From Lepidodermella squamata (taxonomy: Eukaryota; Animalia; Gastrotricha): a DNA stretch of 64,000 nucleotides. Shown piece after piece: positions 11,004-24,600 of this stretch (position 1 is the first letter of the stretch; the number at the start of each line of letters is the position of its first letter). Position numbers and translations under genes: made by a program. The stretch lies in assembly GCA_047495785.1 (NCBI GenBank), contig JBLDXI010000074.1, forward strand, positions 434,001 through 498,000, written 5' to 3'. The notes under the pieces were generated by a model that was not told where the DNA came from, did not search any database, and saw only the letters and a list, made by a program, of their open reading frames with translations.

Positions 11004-13438
11004 GAATTTCTCTTTGCCTGCCTTCGCCCTCTTGAAAACCGGAAACGGTAAATGACGCTCAGTCTAGAAGAGGTTTAAATAAAACTATTATTATATTATT
11101 ATATGTTTCACCATCGTATAATATTGGGTGCGTTTCTTTATTATGTAACCACTGGGTTCTTTATCCAACAAGTCAACTCTAGTATTCCACTCTACGCTTT
11201 ATTATCAGCAATTATTATAACTTGACTCTAGCAATGCTACTACCTGAACTACTAGCGGTGTAACAAAGGTAAACCAGAGCTAACAAGACCACTTTGATCC
11301 TATCGATCCGTGGTATTTATACAGCATGAATTGTATCTATTTGACCATACAAGGAAAGTCTATGGATCAGCAACATCGATTATCGTTTCATCCATATAAG
11401 GAAATCCACACTTGATCGCACTGAGTGTTAAGGTAACAATAACAAGTGAGAAACCAATTATCTAGCGCGCTGAATCATCCAGTTATCATCATCAATAATA
11501 ATATCATTAACAATCATTCAGCCGCTACAATTACCAGCCATTTTTTATTTTAAAATTAAAATCAAACACTGACATTTCTTTATTATTTTATATTTTAAAA
11601 TAAAAATAAAAATCATTTCTTTATATTACGATTTTTTTCATTTTATTTTATAAAATAAAACGTCATTTCTTTATCACATTTTTTTCATGATTTTGGAAAA
11701 GAAAATGTAAATGAAACGACACGTGCTGTTTATAAACTACGCACCGATAAAGAAATGAAAAAAATGTTTTGAGGGTAGTTTGAACGTATGAACGTGATTG
11801 CCCTGGGCCCATAGGAGCATGAGATCGCCCCGGGGAACGCCGATCTCGAATTCGTCCCATCGACACATTATAGGTTGTATGAAATTTCAGTAGAACGTAG
11901 TTCAACGACGTTACCTCAGCGGTGACGGTTGAGCAGGCGACACTTCAGCAACTGCCACTTCCGCAAAAGATTTGTAATTATATACTTGGGCAGTAAATGT
12001 TTTCCACATTCGTCAAATTAAAGGCTCTAATATTTGCCCCAACTGAGCTGATCCAAGCGACAACTTAGCCAGACGTTCGAGCCAACGTCAACTCAGCTAA
12101 ATTCATTTTTTATTATTTTTATTATTATTGAACTATATTGGACCTTCAAAAAGCTATAGAGGTGGAGCTGGGCATGCTTGTTCATAGCCAAGGTTCACCA
12201 CTAATTAATATTTAATTTATAATTAGCTCAGTTGTCGCCAGCGCGAATGTAGTTTCACACTATTTTGTCTCAGTTGGCTTGGGCGCAAATGTCCATGGGG
12301 CAAATGTCGCAGAGCGAAATTAAGTTTGATGCTAATTTTCACTTCATTGCATAATTATAGTATAATTATCTGCTGAATTGGCATCTGCTGAAATTTCGCT
12401 AGTTTCATGTTATTTTCGAAACAACGCTCCACACGGAGCAGATGCCCTTAGCTTTTATGACCTCAGCTGAAATGACGTGGGCTCTATAGTTGTGTTGCGG
12501 AATAACACAGCTGCTATAGTGACAGTTGCTGGAGTGTCACTGCTCAAACATTGCCCGAAAGAACAAAGTTCTGCTGAACTCTTTTACTAGCGCATTGAGC
12601 TTTTTTCCACAGAAAAGCCTCAGAATTCAAGCGTAAAATAAGACCAAAGCAGCTCACCCCCCTGTTTTTCCTTGAGCTGAACTCATGCTTGTCACTTTCA
12701 TATCTCTGCTTAAAATTGTGATTCAACCTGCTCACCACTAATTATATGCTGCCTTCAAATTAGGTTGTTTTATGTTACTGACTTAACAATAAACGAGATC
12801 TTGTAACCAAGCCGTTATTCTTATTCCGTGTGACACGCCTCACAACGACAGTCTTCAAAATATTGTTTTCAACGTCGATCTTGTTACTAGTCAATTGCGT
12901 TCGCTAAAAAACAGTTTCGGCTACGGTCCGGATCTTCTTTCATCATTTCTTCTGAAAAATATTGCTTCGAGTTGCGCGTATCCCTTAACATTCATCTATA
13001 ATGGTGTGTCCACAAACTAACTTCGGAGAGGGTGTCTTCGGAGACCGAACTTGAAACTTCGGAACACTCAAGCGAAACTTCGGTGGCGTTATCAGTGGCA
13101 TTTTCCGCACGCGCACACAGCGTGACGACCGAAGTTTCTATTGTTATACGTCCGAAGTTTTGCGGCTGCCCGCGCGCATCAAGTGCGCGAGAGGGGTTCA
13201 TAATTTTACGGCCACCTACCCAATTTTTTTCTTCACTTTCACTCTGATCGTTTTAATTTATAATAAACGAGGTTAAACGCATCACCAGCAGCACGAGCGT
13301 GTAAATTTTATTAAATTTGACCTCACTTGACCAATTGTAAAAATGTAAAAAAAAACGAAGAGACAGGCGAATTAATTACGGGAAGAGTAAATTATCATGC
13401 GAAATGACGAATTGAAAGCTGAGTACACAACGAAACGA

Positions 13439-14110
13439 TTAATATTTATTGTTAATCATTTTGTGCTGCCACTCCACGACACCCGCCTGCGACTGGAACC
13501 AGAGCGTGAGGTTCGACCGTAGCTTCTGGCCGTGGTCGTAGCTCTTCTTATCCGCACTGCGCACCTGCTCGGGAACAAAACTAGACAGGGCGCCATCATT
13601 TTCTACTTCCGCCCATGTGTCCCAGGCTTCCCGTTCGCTGATTTTGTAGGTGGACACCTCCGCCATGGCGAAATTGTGAAGGGCCGTAATTGCAAGTACC
13701 GCATCCTCGGCCATCTCAGGAGAGAGATCCATAACCTTGCGCAGCAATCGGAACCGAGACGACGCGATACCGAAAGCATTTTCGACAACACGGCGGCCGC
13801 GAGACAACCGGTAGTTGAATGTCATTTTATTCGCGGGCAGATTGCCGGAGCTTTGACCAGGGTATGGCGTTAAAATATTCCACTCCAGGCCAAATGCAGC
13901 GTCGGCGACGAGATAGTGATTGGCCTTGAGATGACCGGGCGGAAGTGACGTAGTTTCAGTCGGTGTCGTACGGTTGCAAAAATCAAGCAAACCGCTGTTT
14001 TTGAAGATGCCGCCGTCGCTGAAGCGCCCGTGTGCGCCTACATCAACGAGAACGAAGCGGTAGGTACTTCGCATCGACGATGGCCATCAACACAATCGAG
14101 AAAGTACCCT
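13439..14110 (-). mobile_element. PIF/Harbinger transposase C-terminal fragment (DDE_Tnp_4-like), truncated and frameshifted
   Basis: YRFVLVDVGAHGRFSDGGIF, YLVADAAF, TPYPG and FNYRLSRGRRVVENAFG. The upstream SIVLMAIVDAKY is shifted by a 4-bp duplication (ggtaggta, 14059-14066). Confidence 0.9.
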
Positions 14111-14324
14111 AGTTTAAAAAAATATTGTTTTTATTTCATTTTATTTGAAAAATTGTACTTATACGGAAAAATTTTGAATTTTGAAAATTTTGAAACATTT
14201 TTTGTACATTTTTTTTTATTTACGTAACTGAAGTTGGCGGACCAATTAATGTTATTAATCAGCGGTCCAATGTTAACGTGGTCCAATCCTATTTGCCAAC
14301 ACATATTTTGCTCAGTATTAACTG

Positions 14325-14761
14325 GCAAATTTTTTAAAATGTTTGGCAGGTCTGCGCGCGTTTGTCTTCTATGGACCGCTGGGGCTGGATCGCTAACTTC
14401 TGTAAAACCGCCTCTCACAGAAGTTAGCGGTCCATTTGCCAGCGGTCCAATTTGCCACCGGCTAAAAAAATTTGCCATCTCAGTTTTGCCGGGTTGACCC
14501 TTTAATCGGCTTATCTGAACTTGTAATTTTGATCGGACTCTGATTAGATCCGTGCAACAAATAAAGCTTTGAATAGTGGCATCTAGCAAAAGTCAAGTGA
14601 ACCGATCATGGCAAATTTTTTTAGCCGGTGGCAAATTGGACCGCTGGCAAATGGACCGCTAACTTCTGTGAGAGGCGGTTTTACAGAAGTTAGCGGTCCA
14701 GCCCCAGCGGTCCATAGAAGACACACGCGCGCAGACCTGCCAAACATTTTAAAAAATTTGC
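14325..14761. repeat. Foldback element: ~155-bp near-perfect inverted repeat, right side truncated by a LINE
   Basis: About 14325-14479 is the reverse complement of about 14608-14761. This explains the mirror-image ORFs in the track. Confidence 0.9.
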
Positions 14762-17700
14762 GAAGAAAAGCAGGAACGGCGATGGCGAAGAAGGCGAACC
14801 GACCGAGTTCAGGACGGCTCAGTCGAAACAGGCCAAGAAAGAAGAAAAAAGATAAAGCAAGAAGAAGCGGCGGCTCAAAAGGTTGTCGCACTCCGAACTC
14901 GAAACCGAACCCGAAACCGAACCCGAAACCAGCACCGAAAAACAAGCGAATGGCCGAATTCCCTGTCATCATCAACGGGGTGTCTGGCATCACTGGCGAT
15001 CGTGCGATTATTGAGGAGTTCCGACGCGTCTGTGGCACCGAGTTCGCTTTCTACGGCAGACCGCATGTCAAGCAGAACGGCGGCTTGTTCTTGAAGATAA
15101 CGTCGGCAGCTGGACAAGTGAAGGTCCTCGACTGTGGCAACTGGCCGGTGGACGCATTTGGTGGCAAGGCTTGGTCTCATCAGCCAGGCGACTACGCCAA
15201 CAACGACCTGAGCGACAACCGGTCAGGGTATTCGGTTTAAACTCAAACCAGTTCCTACCAGTTTACACCGGTGCCGGTATAAACCGGTTTTTTTCAAGTT
15301 CAATAAAAACCGCGGTTTTAAGTAAACCGACAAATCCGACGGTTAGATGGTAATACATCACCAGGAATATGTCTTCCTAGTTGGAAGTGTTGGCAAAAAA
15401 TTGAGCTACAAGATTAGGAGTTGCATTAGTAATGATAATCAGCTTTGATTCTTAGCTTGAAGGTTCATTTGCCAAGTAAGATTCGGCAAAATTCGAACAA
15501 AAATCAATCACTCACTGTATAATCGATAATCGATATTCGATAACCGATACTTCCAGTGTAAAAACAGATGCGCTCAGCGTGTTCAGCGCCTCGGATTACC
15601 CCTAGTACTCAAATTTCTCTACATAATTCGCAAAACTAACGAAAATATCGCAAAATCAAAATTCAGTTCCGGTTTTTTAATTGTTGATAGGAATATTGTA
15701 AAAAAAAAAAATTTTCAAAGGAATCGGCAAAACCACGTCTTTTGATGGCAAAATCCCCCTTAGAGTTTGCTTAAAGTTTGCACGGGGAACTCATTCCCGT
15801 TTCCAGAATTTTCATAGCTATCACAGATCTGGAGATAATTAACTCTTTTTTTAATTTTTATTGCTTTATTGCATTTAATCTAATTTTCATGAAAATAGTC
15901 GTGTAACACATCTAACTATGCAGTTTTTTGCGTAGATTAACGTGGTGCACTCGAAAATTCAATGGAAGCTAAGGTATTTGAGTTGTTCGACTCTCCTTTT
16001 GTCAAATCCTTCAATTATTGAAATTCATTAAAAAACGGTGTTTATTACCGGTATAAATCGGTTTAAACTGGTAGGCGGTTTTTTTAGAATAAAAACCGGT
16101 CGGTATAATACCCTGCAACCGGTTCGACCTTTGCTCTGGAAAGCGAAGACGTACGGCCTTCCCGACTGGGCCGAGCTGAACGAAGTCGAAGCCGACCTTA
16201 AATGTGACGGAATTTCCAAACTGATTAGAATCCAATCTAAAATTATTGGCCGTAATGGCCCAGTTATCATTGATTTCAATAGTGAAGACGCCCGGAAGAA
16301 AGCGTTCGATCATAGAGAACGTAGTGATCACTCCGTTCTCTATGCGTTCGATACTGGCCTTGTCTGGTGCTCGATGCTGCCGAAGGTCGTCCCGTACGTC
16401 GAGAAGCTGCAGCCCAGGCAGTGTTACCGGTGCCAGGGTTTCGGCCACGTCGAGCTCGCATGTCCTGAGAAACAGCCGAAGTGCGCCAACTGCAGTGGTC
16501 CTCACGACCGGCGAGTTCTAGGCGCCTGCCCGATCGAAGCGGAGAAGAAGAAGCGCGAGGCGGAGCGGCAACGCCACCTTGAGCAGATGACCGACGAGAT
16601 CGTGGTCCCGGAGCCTCTGCACCTGGTTTGCGCCAACTGCGGCAAGGACCACTCTGCGAGCTACGGCGGCTGCGAAGAGAAGAGGAAATGGAGTCAAGTT
16701 GTTGCCGGCAAGGCTGATCGCAAGCCCGAGCAAAAGCCCGAGCAGAAGTCGACCCCGCCGGCCGAGCAGGCGAAGAAGACGGCAGAGAGTACTGGAAGCG
16801 ACGATGGTGTCATCCGCAAGGAGGACATCCTGGACATCCTGAAGACGATGGCGACGGCTATGATGGCGGCATTCACGGCGGCGAACAATGTCGGCAAAGG
16901 CAAGTCACCTGCTGATGCCGTTGTTGCTGTCATCGCGGATAGTCTCGCCGCGCTGGTCAAGCCCGATACGGTTCGCTCATGGTTCGCCAAGGCACCGAGT
17001 CAACCGCCCAGTTCTGGCAACACCCGTCGAACTGGTCGCCGCTGAGTATGGCCAAGTGGACCGACGGGCAAGCTGGTATGGAGAGATGGCTGTCTGTCGT
17101 AGGATGGAACTGCAACCGGTTCAACGCACGTCACCCAGCAGATTATGCTCATTTAGTAGACGAGATTAGGCCACATGTGATTTGCTTATCTGAAACTTGG
17201 TTATTGAATAGTGATTTCGATAATTACTATTTGCTCGGCTACACTGCCTACCCTTCCGCGAGAAAAAAGGACAAAATGGGTGGCGGTGTAGCCGTTCTTC
17301 TTCGCTCAGACCTAGAATTGATATCTATTACCGAATATGTGTACGCTGAGGACGACCCGAAGTCAGCGACGGAGTGGTTGGCGGTTACGTTTCGACTGCC
17401 CGGTAGCAACGAAGAGCTGACCGTGGCGGCGTTCTACCGTGCGCCCGATGTCGAGCTGGACGCGGGGGCTCTCAGGGCCGTTCTGAAGCGCGGCCGCTGC
17501 ATGGTCTACGGCGACTTCAACGCTACGATCGGCTGGCTCGGCTACGACGGCTACGACCGGCCTGGCAGACTGATCGACGAGATTGTGGTGGATGGCGATG
17601 GCGTTTGTCTGAACAAGGCGAACGACCCGACGTTCTGTTCGCACTTGGGCAACGGCTCGACGAACGACCTATGGCTGGTGTCGCCGGACGTGGCGGCGCG

Positions 17701-18225
17701 GTGCGAGCAGGTGGAGGTGTCGGAGACGTTCGGCAGCAACCACGCGGCGATCTGCACCCGGTTCCAGTTGGGCCCGGCTAGTGGCAACGGCGACAACGCG
17801 ACGCAGCAAATGCGGCGCAACTACGCTGAAGCGGACTGGCCGAAGTTTGTGGCTGAAATCGACCGGCGGCTCGAAGAGGTCGTACCGCCGGACCCGATGA
17901 CGGCGACCGAGAAGCAACTCGACGACTACGACGCGACGGTGGTCAATGCGATGACCGACGCGGCGGACGCGGCGATCCCGCTCGTACCGGCGAAGAAGAT
18001 CCGAGGGTGGCGCTTGACACCGAAAATCAAGGCGGCGATACGAAGTCGACACCGCTATCAGCGGCTGTGGCGGTCGACTAAATCGTTCTACTACAAGCGG
18101 TTGTGGCAGTCGAAATGTTGTGAAGTCAAGCGGCTGGTCAAGGATGCCAAGGCGAAAGCTCTGGCGGCCAAGATCAAGGCGATCGAGCGGCACCGTCACA
18201 TCAACATGCGGTCATTCTGGCGGCA
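14762..18225 (+). mobile_element. Jockey/I-group LINE: ORF1 (three CCHC-type knuckles) and ORF2 endonuclease plus linker; truncated
   Basis: ORF1 has CYRCQGFGHVELAC, CANCSGPH and CANCGKDHSASYGGC and stops at 17045. ORF2 starts at ATG 17048 with WNCN, LSETWL, GGGVA, YRAP, GDFNA and SNH. ORF1 is interrupted by a hAT MITE and a 1-nt frameshift. Confidence 0.85.
15224..16115. mobile_element. hAT-type MITE inserted in LINE ORF1
   Basis: TIR cagggtatt / aataccctg with aaccggt subterminal repeats. 8-bp TSD CAACCGGT at 15216-15223 and 16116-16123. Confidence 0.9.
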
Positions 18226-19680
18226 GTCATCAACACCGACGTGGTCAAGCAACACTTAGCTCAAGCGAAAAAAGCATCTGGCTGCCCAGACCTGCCAATG
18301 CGCTACTGGAATGAGGCCGCCGAGGAAATTGCCCCGGCATTGACAATCATCTTTGACTTCAGCCTCAAGACGGGAGCCATACCAGCTGAGTGGCTGCAAT
18401 CGACCGTAACACCAATCTTCAAATCCGGCGACCCCACCGACCCGGCCAACTATCGACCCATCAGCGTCAAGCCCATCCCTCTGAAAATCTTAGGGAAGAT
18501 CGTAATAAGCTCGATCACTGGGCACGTTGAAGCCGTCATTGGCGATACTCTTCAATTCGGGTTCAGAAAGGAATGCGATGCTGACTGCGCCGTGCTCAGG
18601 CTGGTCGACGACCTTCTCAATGCGTGCAACAAAGGCCTCAAAGCAGCGGTCGCCTTCCTGGACGTGCGAAAGGCGTTCGACAGTATGGACCCGGAAATAT
18701 TACTCGCCAAACTTGAGTTTTACGGTTTTAAAAAATCTTTTACAAGATGGCTGCGTTTTTATTTTGCTAATAGAAGCCAGCGAATCGGAAGCTCAAGTTA
18801 CCAGCCTGTGGCCTTTGGTGTGCCCCAAGGCAGCGCCATTGGACCAGTCCTCTTCCTGTTATACGTGGCCGACCTACCTCCAGCCATCGAGGGCGCCACC
18901 CTCTACCAATTCGCTGATGATGTTGCCCTTGTGGTCACCGCCGAAAATCGCGAGGCACTAGAGGCAACTATGCAAAGCAAGCTTAACACCATCGACCGGT
19001 GGATGAAAGCAAATCGCCTGGCTCTGGCAGCCAACAAAAGCCAACAAAAGAGACAAGGCCTGGGGCAACACCACTAAAGGCAATCTCGACCGCCTACAAC
19101 GGCTTCAAAACCGGGCTTGCCGTGTCATCTGCGGCGTCCGTCTGCGAGACAAAAAGCGGAGTGCTGACCTGCGAAGCGATTTGAAATTGGACGATTTAGC
19201 TGCACGCAGGCGAAAACGCTACTCGAACTTCGCCTGGATGCTCCTTAACAAAGGGCACAGGGTTGCGGGCAACTTCGGCATGCGCTCGGTGCGCTCGGGC
19301 GCCCGGCACGCAGCTCCTTCATTACCAGAAAACGCATTCAGCCTGGCCAGTCAACTCACCGTTGCTTACCGCGCGACTGCCCTCATCCGCGAGGAGTGTG
19401 GTCTTCTGGACGCTCGCAAACTGTTTAACTCTTTTGTACGTGGCGCTCTATAACCCATATTATACATGTGATGTCTCTGTCCTTTATGTTTTAGACCTGT
19501 GTCATATTTTCTTATTTCAAATCGATAGTGGGGGGGTCTTAGAAAAAGGGGAAGGTTTGCGCAGGCTGAAAAGTCTGTTATGGGCGTGGCGCCTTGGCTT
19601 CTCTCACACCGGTGAGAGAGGACTAGTAAACTCGCGGCTTTTTCTAGTCTCTCGCTCTTCAGTTTGTATATGGAAATCGT
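18226..19680 (+). mobile_element. CR1/L2-group RT fragment with internal deletion, C-terminus and 3' UTR
   Basis: NYRPIS, QFGFRK, FLDVRKAFD, GVPQGSAIGPVLF and QFADD. After a deletion near 19050 it reads WGNTTKGNLDRLQRLQNRACRVI, stops at 19453, and has a 3' hairpin at about 19613-19658. Confidence 0.85.
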
Positions 19681-19847
19681 CCCATTAACCTTTACTTATG
19701 TCCTCTATCTGTCCTACATGTGTTTTTTACCTAAATCTCTATGTCTACTAAATATACTATATATTACTAAATTCTACGCCAACTTTGCGAAATCTCCGCA
19801 ACAGGAGCTAGTTTTTCTACTATTCTTTCTTCCTCTTAAACTAACTA

Positions 19848-20040
19848 CAGTAAAAGTTGTGTAAACCGGAGTCGTCTAAACCGGAATTTCTCTAAACCGG
19901 ACGGATTTCAGTGGCTCTTGCAGAAAGTGTGGACTTTACATTATAAATTTGTCGTCTAAACCGGACTCTGTAAACCGGACTTCTCCTAATTCGGAGCGAT
20001 TTTAGACGTGGGAAGGTTAAAAAGTCCGGTTTAGACCATA
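19848..20040 (+). mobile_element. Left end of a Tc1/mariner (pogo/Tigger-like) non-autonomous element
   Basis: TA|CAGTAAAA terminus followed by repeated taaaccgga motifs. No right end found. Confidence 0.55.
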
Positions 20041-20357
20041 TTTTCCTTGTTTTTCGTCCTTTTCAAAGCGGTTGGAACCCAGATTTTCCGAGACGTTAAC
20101 TTTGGTGTTGTTTATGAATGACAGCCAACGCTTGGATGATCCACTGCGCCACCTCCGCTTATGAAATATAATGACGATTAACTCCTGCTTATATACCTTT
20201 TTGTGAATAATACGATATCCCTTGTTACAAGATCTAATTGATCAGTGAATACCAAAGTCAAGGTATTGGGTTGGGATTTTTAGGAGTTTCAGGAACTTCC
20301 GCGAATTCCAAATGAAAAAATGCCGGCTCAATTGTAGGCCGAACCTAGCCGAAACAT

Positions 20358-21391
20358 TTAGTTCGACATAGTTCGGCCAGGATTTAAAATTATTGACGTT
20401 GTAAAATGAATATAAAAAATGCGGAAAAAATGCTGCTTGAGGTATTTTCTGAACTCATCGGGTGGTGCAGTGTCCTTGAGCTCGTCGTTGACCTTCTGAC
20501 CTATGGTGGAGAAAAAATTACAGAACTCGTCGTCAGAGCAAGCCTTATCTTTCGAGTCGGATTTCGATTTGCTGAATGACGGTAGTAGGGCTTTTATCGA
20601 TCGCCAGAACTGCGAGGGGCCCTTCTTCGCTTCGTTCTGTAGCCATGCTGCCTTAGCTGCTCGTTTCGCTCGCTGTACTTGTCGCCGGGCCTCGACAAAT
20701 CGTGCGTAGAGAGCGTTTGCGGCTGCACGGTCGGTGCTTTTGCAGGCCTTGTTGTACTCCTTCTTCAGCTTCTTCCGAATAGAAATGAGCTTGATGATGT
20801 TCGAGTTCAGCCATTTCACGGTGGTGTTATCGCGTGATTTCACAGTCTTCTTGGGCGAGTGTCGGTCAATCGCGGCCTTGAAGATTGCACGGAAGGTCTT
20901 CCAGAGATCGTCTACAGTTCGGCATCCTGCGTCGTAGAACACATTCTGCCAACGTATCGATCCCAGCTCGTTGTGGAAGCCCTCTTTGTCCAACTTTCCT
21001 CGAATTTCGATTACTCGATATAGCGGCGCTTTGGGTTTCGAGCACTTCTGGAAGACCTTGGGCTTCGCTGATGCACTACACTTGCCACTGTCTGAAAGAG
21101 ATAGAGAGGCAGAACAACGCGGACATAGGTACTCAAACGATTCACCTGTCTTGACAAGCTCCTCGTATGGCGCTGGTAGGCCTGTGGCGCAGGGGTTCGG
21201 TCCTCCCGCGCAAGTCCACCCGTTGCATCGGTCGCAGCTTACGGAGGGGTCGTCTTGCCCTATCATTATCGCACAGACGGTGCAGAGGTAGCTCACCAGC
21301 TTTGCACCCTTTACCATCTTCAATCGCTTGCGATCAAGTCGTGAGCGTCGAAGAAGTCGAAGAAGTTTGCTACAATCGCAAGTGCGATAAT
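20358..21391 (-). mobile_element. 5' part of a CR1/L2-like LINE: PHD-like finger joined in frame to the post-endonuclease linker
   Basis: CTVC..CDRCNGWTC..C..YLCPRC, followed by FHNELGSIRW..VDDLWKTF..IDRHSP..KWLNSNI..FWRSIK..FCNFFSTIG. The copia element is inserted in its 5' region. Confidence 0.75.
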
Positions 21392-21620
21392 TGTTGAGGT
21401 TTGGAGAAAGCCATCAGTAAGTTCAAGTAACAAATCTAGAATTGGGAAGAAAAATATCGGTTAGCAAAATCTCCAACTGATTTTATTAGGTACCAAAAGA
21501 TGCGAAGAGGGGTAAAACTCACGGCATGAGGAAGGCGTGCCTCGAGCACCGGCTGGACCGCGAGTCGACTCGATCATTCGACCTTCACATGAAATCATAC
21601 CGATATATTTATATTCAACA
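21392..21620 (-). repeat. 3' LTR of copia element
   Basis: Direct repeat of 26953-27181 with TG...CA ends. Confidence 0.97.
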
Positions 21621-21689
21621 CTCCCACTTGATGGAATGTGAAGTGACATCACCTAATAAAACAAGAACACGGGTTATTCAGGATTTCTT

Positions 21690-24600
21690 TCAAGACATGC
21701 CTAGAGCCTTTCGATTTTCATCATGCTTGACATGAACCAGAGCTTTCGTGAAGATATCAGCCAGTTGCTTGGTAGTTTCAATCCACTGCAGGTCTAGCAA
21801 CCTTTCTTCAATAAGTTCCTTGAGATAGTTCAGTCGGATACGGAAGTGCTTAGTTCGTTTAGTTAGGGCACCAGACTTGCCGAGCAAAACCGCAGCTTGG
21901 TTATCACAATAGAGGGTGAATCGAGACTGACGATAGCCAAGTTCGTTGATCAGCCTGAGTAACCAAATTCCCTCTTGTGCGCAAGCGTAGGCGGCGGTGA
22001 ACTCAGCTTCCATGGTGGAGCCCGAAATGATAGTTTGCCGGTGGCTAGACCACGAAACGGCGCCATTTGAGAGCAAGTAGACAAGGCCAGTCATAGACCT
22101 CGAAGTCTTGTTGTCTCCGGCCCAATCAGCGTCTGAGAATGCGATTAAGTCGCAGCCATCGCGCCGATACTCGATACCGACGTTTCTGGTGCCTTTCAAG
22201 TAACACAACACGCGACGTGCGCATGTCATGTGATGAGTTCGGGGGTCAGAAGTGTACCTTGCCAAGACTGAGACCGACCAGGCGATATCTGGACGAGTCG
22301 AACAGGCGGCAAACATTAACGAGCCAACTATGCTTTGGTACAACTCCTGATCAGCAGGTCCGGCGGGATCTTCGTCGTTGTCGAGCCTGATGTCGCGGGG
22401 GATAGGTGTGGCGACAGCGAATCGATCTTCCATACCATACCTTTTGAGCATTCGGTCGATGTAAGGACCCTGATGAATCCGGATGTGCCCAGGGCTACAT
22501 TCAACGGAAATTCCGATACACAATTTTATCACTCCCAAATCCTTCATCTTGAATAAAGTTTTGATCGCGTCCTTCAGTTGCTTGACAACGTGAGCAGGAG
22601 CTGCAACGACTAGATCGTCGACATAGATGCCAACAATGCCAGCGTCTTTGATGAATAAACAAGGGTCCGAGCCCAGTTGCTGAAAACCGAGCGATTTGAG
22701 GCTCTTTGAAAGCAGGCGATTCCAACACGAACCGCTTTGGCGAAGTCCGTAGACCGCGCGGTGCAAGCGCCACACTAGCCCGGCCTTTGCATCCGGATGA
22801 CCAGGCGGGGGTCGTAGGTAGACTTCTTCACTTAGACGGCCGTGTAGATATGCCGAGGGAGCATCCATTTGATGAACTTCGAAATTGTTAGCAGCAGCAA
22901 TCGCGAGAATAACGCGAAGCGATGCGATGCGCATTACCGGGGCGTAGCTTTCTTCGAAATCGCGGCCGATCTTCTGGGTGTGACCTTGAGCCACTAATCG
23001 ACACTTGAAACGGCTAGGAATCCCATTTTCGTCAATCTTGATTTTGAACACGTATCGTGAACCGTAAATTCGTTTCCCAGGAGGAGCTTTCATAGCGGTA
23101 TAGACATTGCTTTCTACGAACAGAGCCAGCTCCTCTTCGATGGCACGGAGCCATTGAGGCCATTCTGGCGAGTCGGTAGCTTCTTGGTACGTGAGCGGCT
23201 CAACCATCGATTCCACTCCCACTGAGCCGCGAGCTCGAACTGCGACGGCTGCCGATTGGTACTTAGCGCCAGATCGGGTTCTGGAATTTGAAGCGGGGAG
23301 TTGACCGAGGGTGAGTACTGTTTCGGGTATTGCAAGTCTTTGGAGTTCACGATTTACGTTCGAATTTCTTGACTGATCGAGACTAGTCGGGTTTTTCTCG
23401 TTGCTGGTGCTTGATTGGGGAGGCGGTGCTGGTGCGTTGGCGTTTGCATTTGGCGATGAATTTGCAGCATTTAGCTGATCAATAACTGGATCGATTTCTA
23501 ACCAATCGTTACTTGCAATTGGCTGTTGAGAGATTGCTTGCTGAATGATAGCTGGGCTCACTTGATGAGTCGGCTGAATTTGATTTGAGGTCTGAGCTTG
23601 ACTCGCTCCCACTGGATGGGTGTTTTGAACTTGATTCATCTCCACTTGATGGGGATTTTGAGCTGGACTCGCTCCCACTGGGTGGGAGTTTTCGGCCATC
23701 GCTTGACGAGGCAACTGTCTCGGAGGTGGAGGTGGTGGCGGAGGATGCCGCGTATCCCTGTTTGGGTCAGCTGGGACTAGACTGGGTAGATTTTTCTGGA
23801 AAAAATCGTTATCTTCGTAACCGAATTTTACGGGCATTTTCCTTACCCTGCTCTCCCTTTCCGAGAGGAGAGGAACCGCTGCTATCCCTGTACTAACTCG
23901 ATTAGTCTCGGGGTCGGACTCGATCCGAAATTCCTTCTCATGAAATTGTACCGCAATTCGGCATAGGATTTTCTTGGTAACTGGGTCGAGGAGGCGGTAA
24001 CCCTTCTGGGTGTCGGAGTACCCAACAAAGCGGCAAGCTTTGGATTTCGCGTCGAACTTTTTCCGATCTTGATCGTTAACGAACGCGTAGGCTACACATC
24101 CGAAAGGCTTGAGGTTGGCAACATTCGGTTTTCTGCCTGTCCATAATTCGAAGGGTGTTTTGTCTGAGTCGATCGCTGAAGATGGTAGTCGGTTTCGAAT
24201 GTAAGCAGCGCAAGAAATGGCTTCGGCCCATAAGAAACGCGGAGATTCAGATTCCAAGAGCATCGTTCTTGCCATCTCCGTAATGGTTCGTACCATCCTT
24301 TCTGCGCTACCATTTTGTTCTGGCGTGTGGGGACAACTTGTTTCATGCTTGGTGCCTCGAGCTTTAAGGTGGTCGATGAAAGCCGTTGATAAATTTTCTC
24401 CGGCATTGTCCGATCGTAAGCGCTTGATCTTCTTGTTTTGAAACGTGGTGACTTCATTCTCGAAATGTTTGTAGCAGTCAAACACGTCCGACTTCTTCTC
24501 CATACAGTATACCCAGGTATAATGCGTGAAGTCATCAACGAGGATGAGGTACCAGTGGGCTCCTCCTAGAGATTGTACTTCGACTGGTCCGGCTACATCC

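Larger units (their letters stand above)
6190..11103 (+). mobile_element. Near full-length RTE-clade LINE (single APE-RT ORF) interrupted by two DNA-transposon insertions
   Basis: Removing 6272-7477 and 7788-8274 gives a continuous frame: KICTINITTL...YDVVAIQEH...SVYAP...NSKKGTTLIMGDLNG... through to the stop at 11003. A short 3' UTR and a (TAT)n-like tail follow at about 11086-11103. Confidence 0.92.

Noticed and set aside
14059-14066. 4-bp duplication in the Harbinger ORF as an excision footprint
   Set aside because: Cannot be distinguished from simple replication slippage.
14131-15038. Pairs of ORFs with matching peptides on opposite strands
   Set aside because: Produced by the 14325-14761 inverted repeat; not genes.
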